Shown in pieces: positions 27,010 to 27,191 of a DNA stretch of 27,191 nt. The stretch is from Thermodesulfovibrionales bacterium. GTDB taxonomy: Bacteria; Nitrospirota; Thermodesulfovibrionia; Thermodesulfovibrionales; UBA6898. The notes under the pieces were generated by a model, which did not search any database, had not been told where the DNA came from, and was given only the letters and a program-made list of their open reading frames with translations. The stretch spans positions 1 to 27,191 of the forward strand of contig JBIOIY010000042.1 of NCBI GenBank assembly GCA_044450345.1, written 5' to 3'. A program made the position numbers and the translations under genes. Numbering within the stretch: the stretch's first letter is position 1; the number at the start of each line of letters is the position of its first letter.

Positions 27010-27170
27010 GTTTTCCGACAAGACAGGATGTGCCTCCCCACCAATCCTCCCGCGTTACCAGGGCTCTTAGGCCCAATCATCCTATTATGGCTCTGGGAGG
27101 CAGGGAACAGACTGTAGTCAGGGTTCTTTGACCCAGGAAGAAGTGCGTTCTCCTGCCTTACCGATCTTAC
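27010..27170 (-). ncRNA. Candidate IS110 bridge RNA
   Basis: Stem with a symmetric 12x12-nt internal loop (27098-27158), two related capping hairpins GGGTCAAAGAACCCTG and GGGCCTAAGAGCCCTG, and a loop strand complementary to the element's right flank. Ends approximate. Confidence 0.7.
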
Positions 27171-27174
27171 TCTC

Positions 27175-27183
27175 TTTATAGCA
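27175..27183 (-). promoter_or_regulatory. Extended -10 element at the IS110 left end
   Basis: TGC-TATAAA immediately upstream of the structured RNA. Confidence 0.5.
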
Positions 27184-27191
27184 CATTTGTC

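Larger units (their letters stand above)
25804..27191 (-). mobile_element. IS110-family insertion sequence (long non-coding end upstream of the CDS; left boundary at or just beyond the window edge)
   Basis: IS110 recombinase plus ~200 nt of structured upstream sequence. The right boundary is inferred at ~25801-25805 from the guide/flank match. Confidence 0.85.

Noticed and set aside
26991..27080. 30-aa N-terminal extension of the transposase given by the ORF track
   Set aside because: A strong AGGAGG precedes ATG 26990 and the family motif starts there; the extension overlaps the structured RNA.
1..27191. CRISPR array, tRNA or rRNA genes
   Set aside because: No regularly spaced direct repeats and no cloverleaf or rRNA signatures seen by eye.

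Overview
A ~27 kb bacterial accessory region of roughly 50% GC; the gene content suggests an anaerobic Nitrospirota- or Desulfobacterota-type organism (inference only). It resembles a general-stress/envelope island. It holds a partial cardiolipin synthase, small lipoproteins, a Met-rich secreted repeat protein, a class I cytochrome c, lmo0937- and GlsB/YeaQ-family small membrane proteins, two paralogous secreted coiled-coil proteins, a PHP-phosphoesterase/phosphotransferase fusion coupled to an ABC exporter, a secreted metallophosphoesterase, an MltF-like transglycosylase, a KimA-like APC transporter, a GH15 hydrolase, an MMPL/RND transporter, a double-OmpA lipoprotein, an ICMT-family methyltransferase, a stand-alone receiver, a SYLF/YSC84 protein, GlgX and two PilZ proteins, plus several decayed genes (including an internally deleted serA). 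The most notable feature is at the right edge: an IS110-family element. Its ~200-nt upstream non-coding end folds into a bridge-RNA-like structure, and one guide strand is complementary (10/11 nt) to the DNA just past the recombinase stop codon. The recombinase has Asn in place of the first catalytic Asp.
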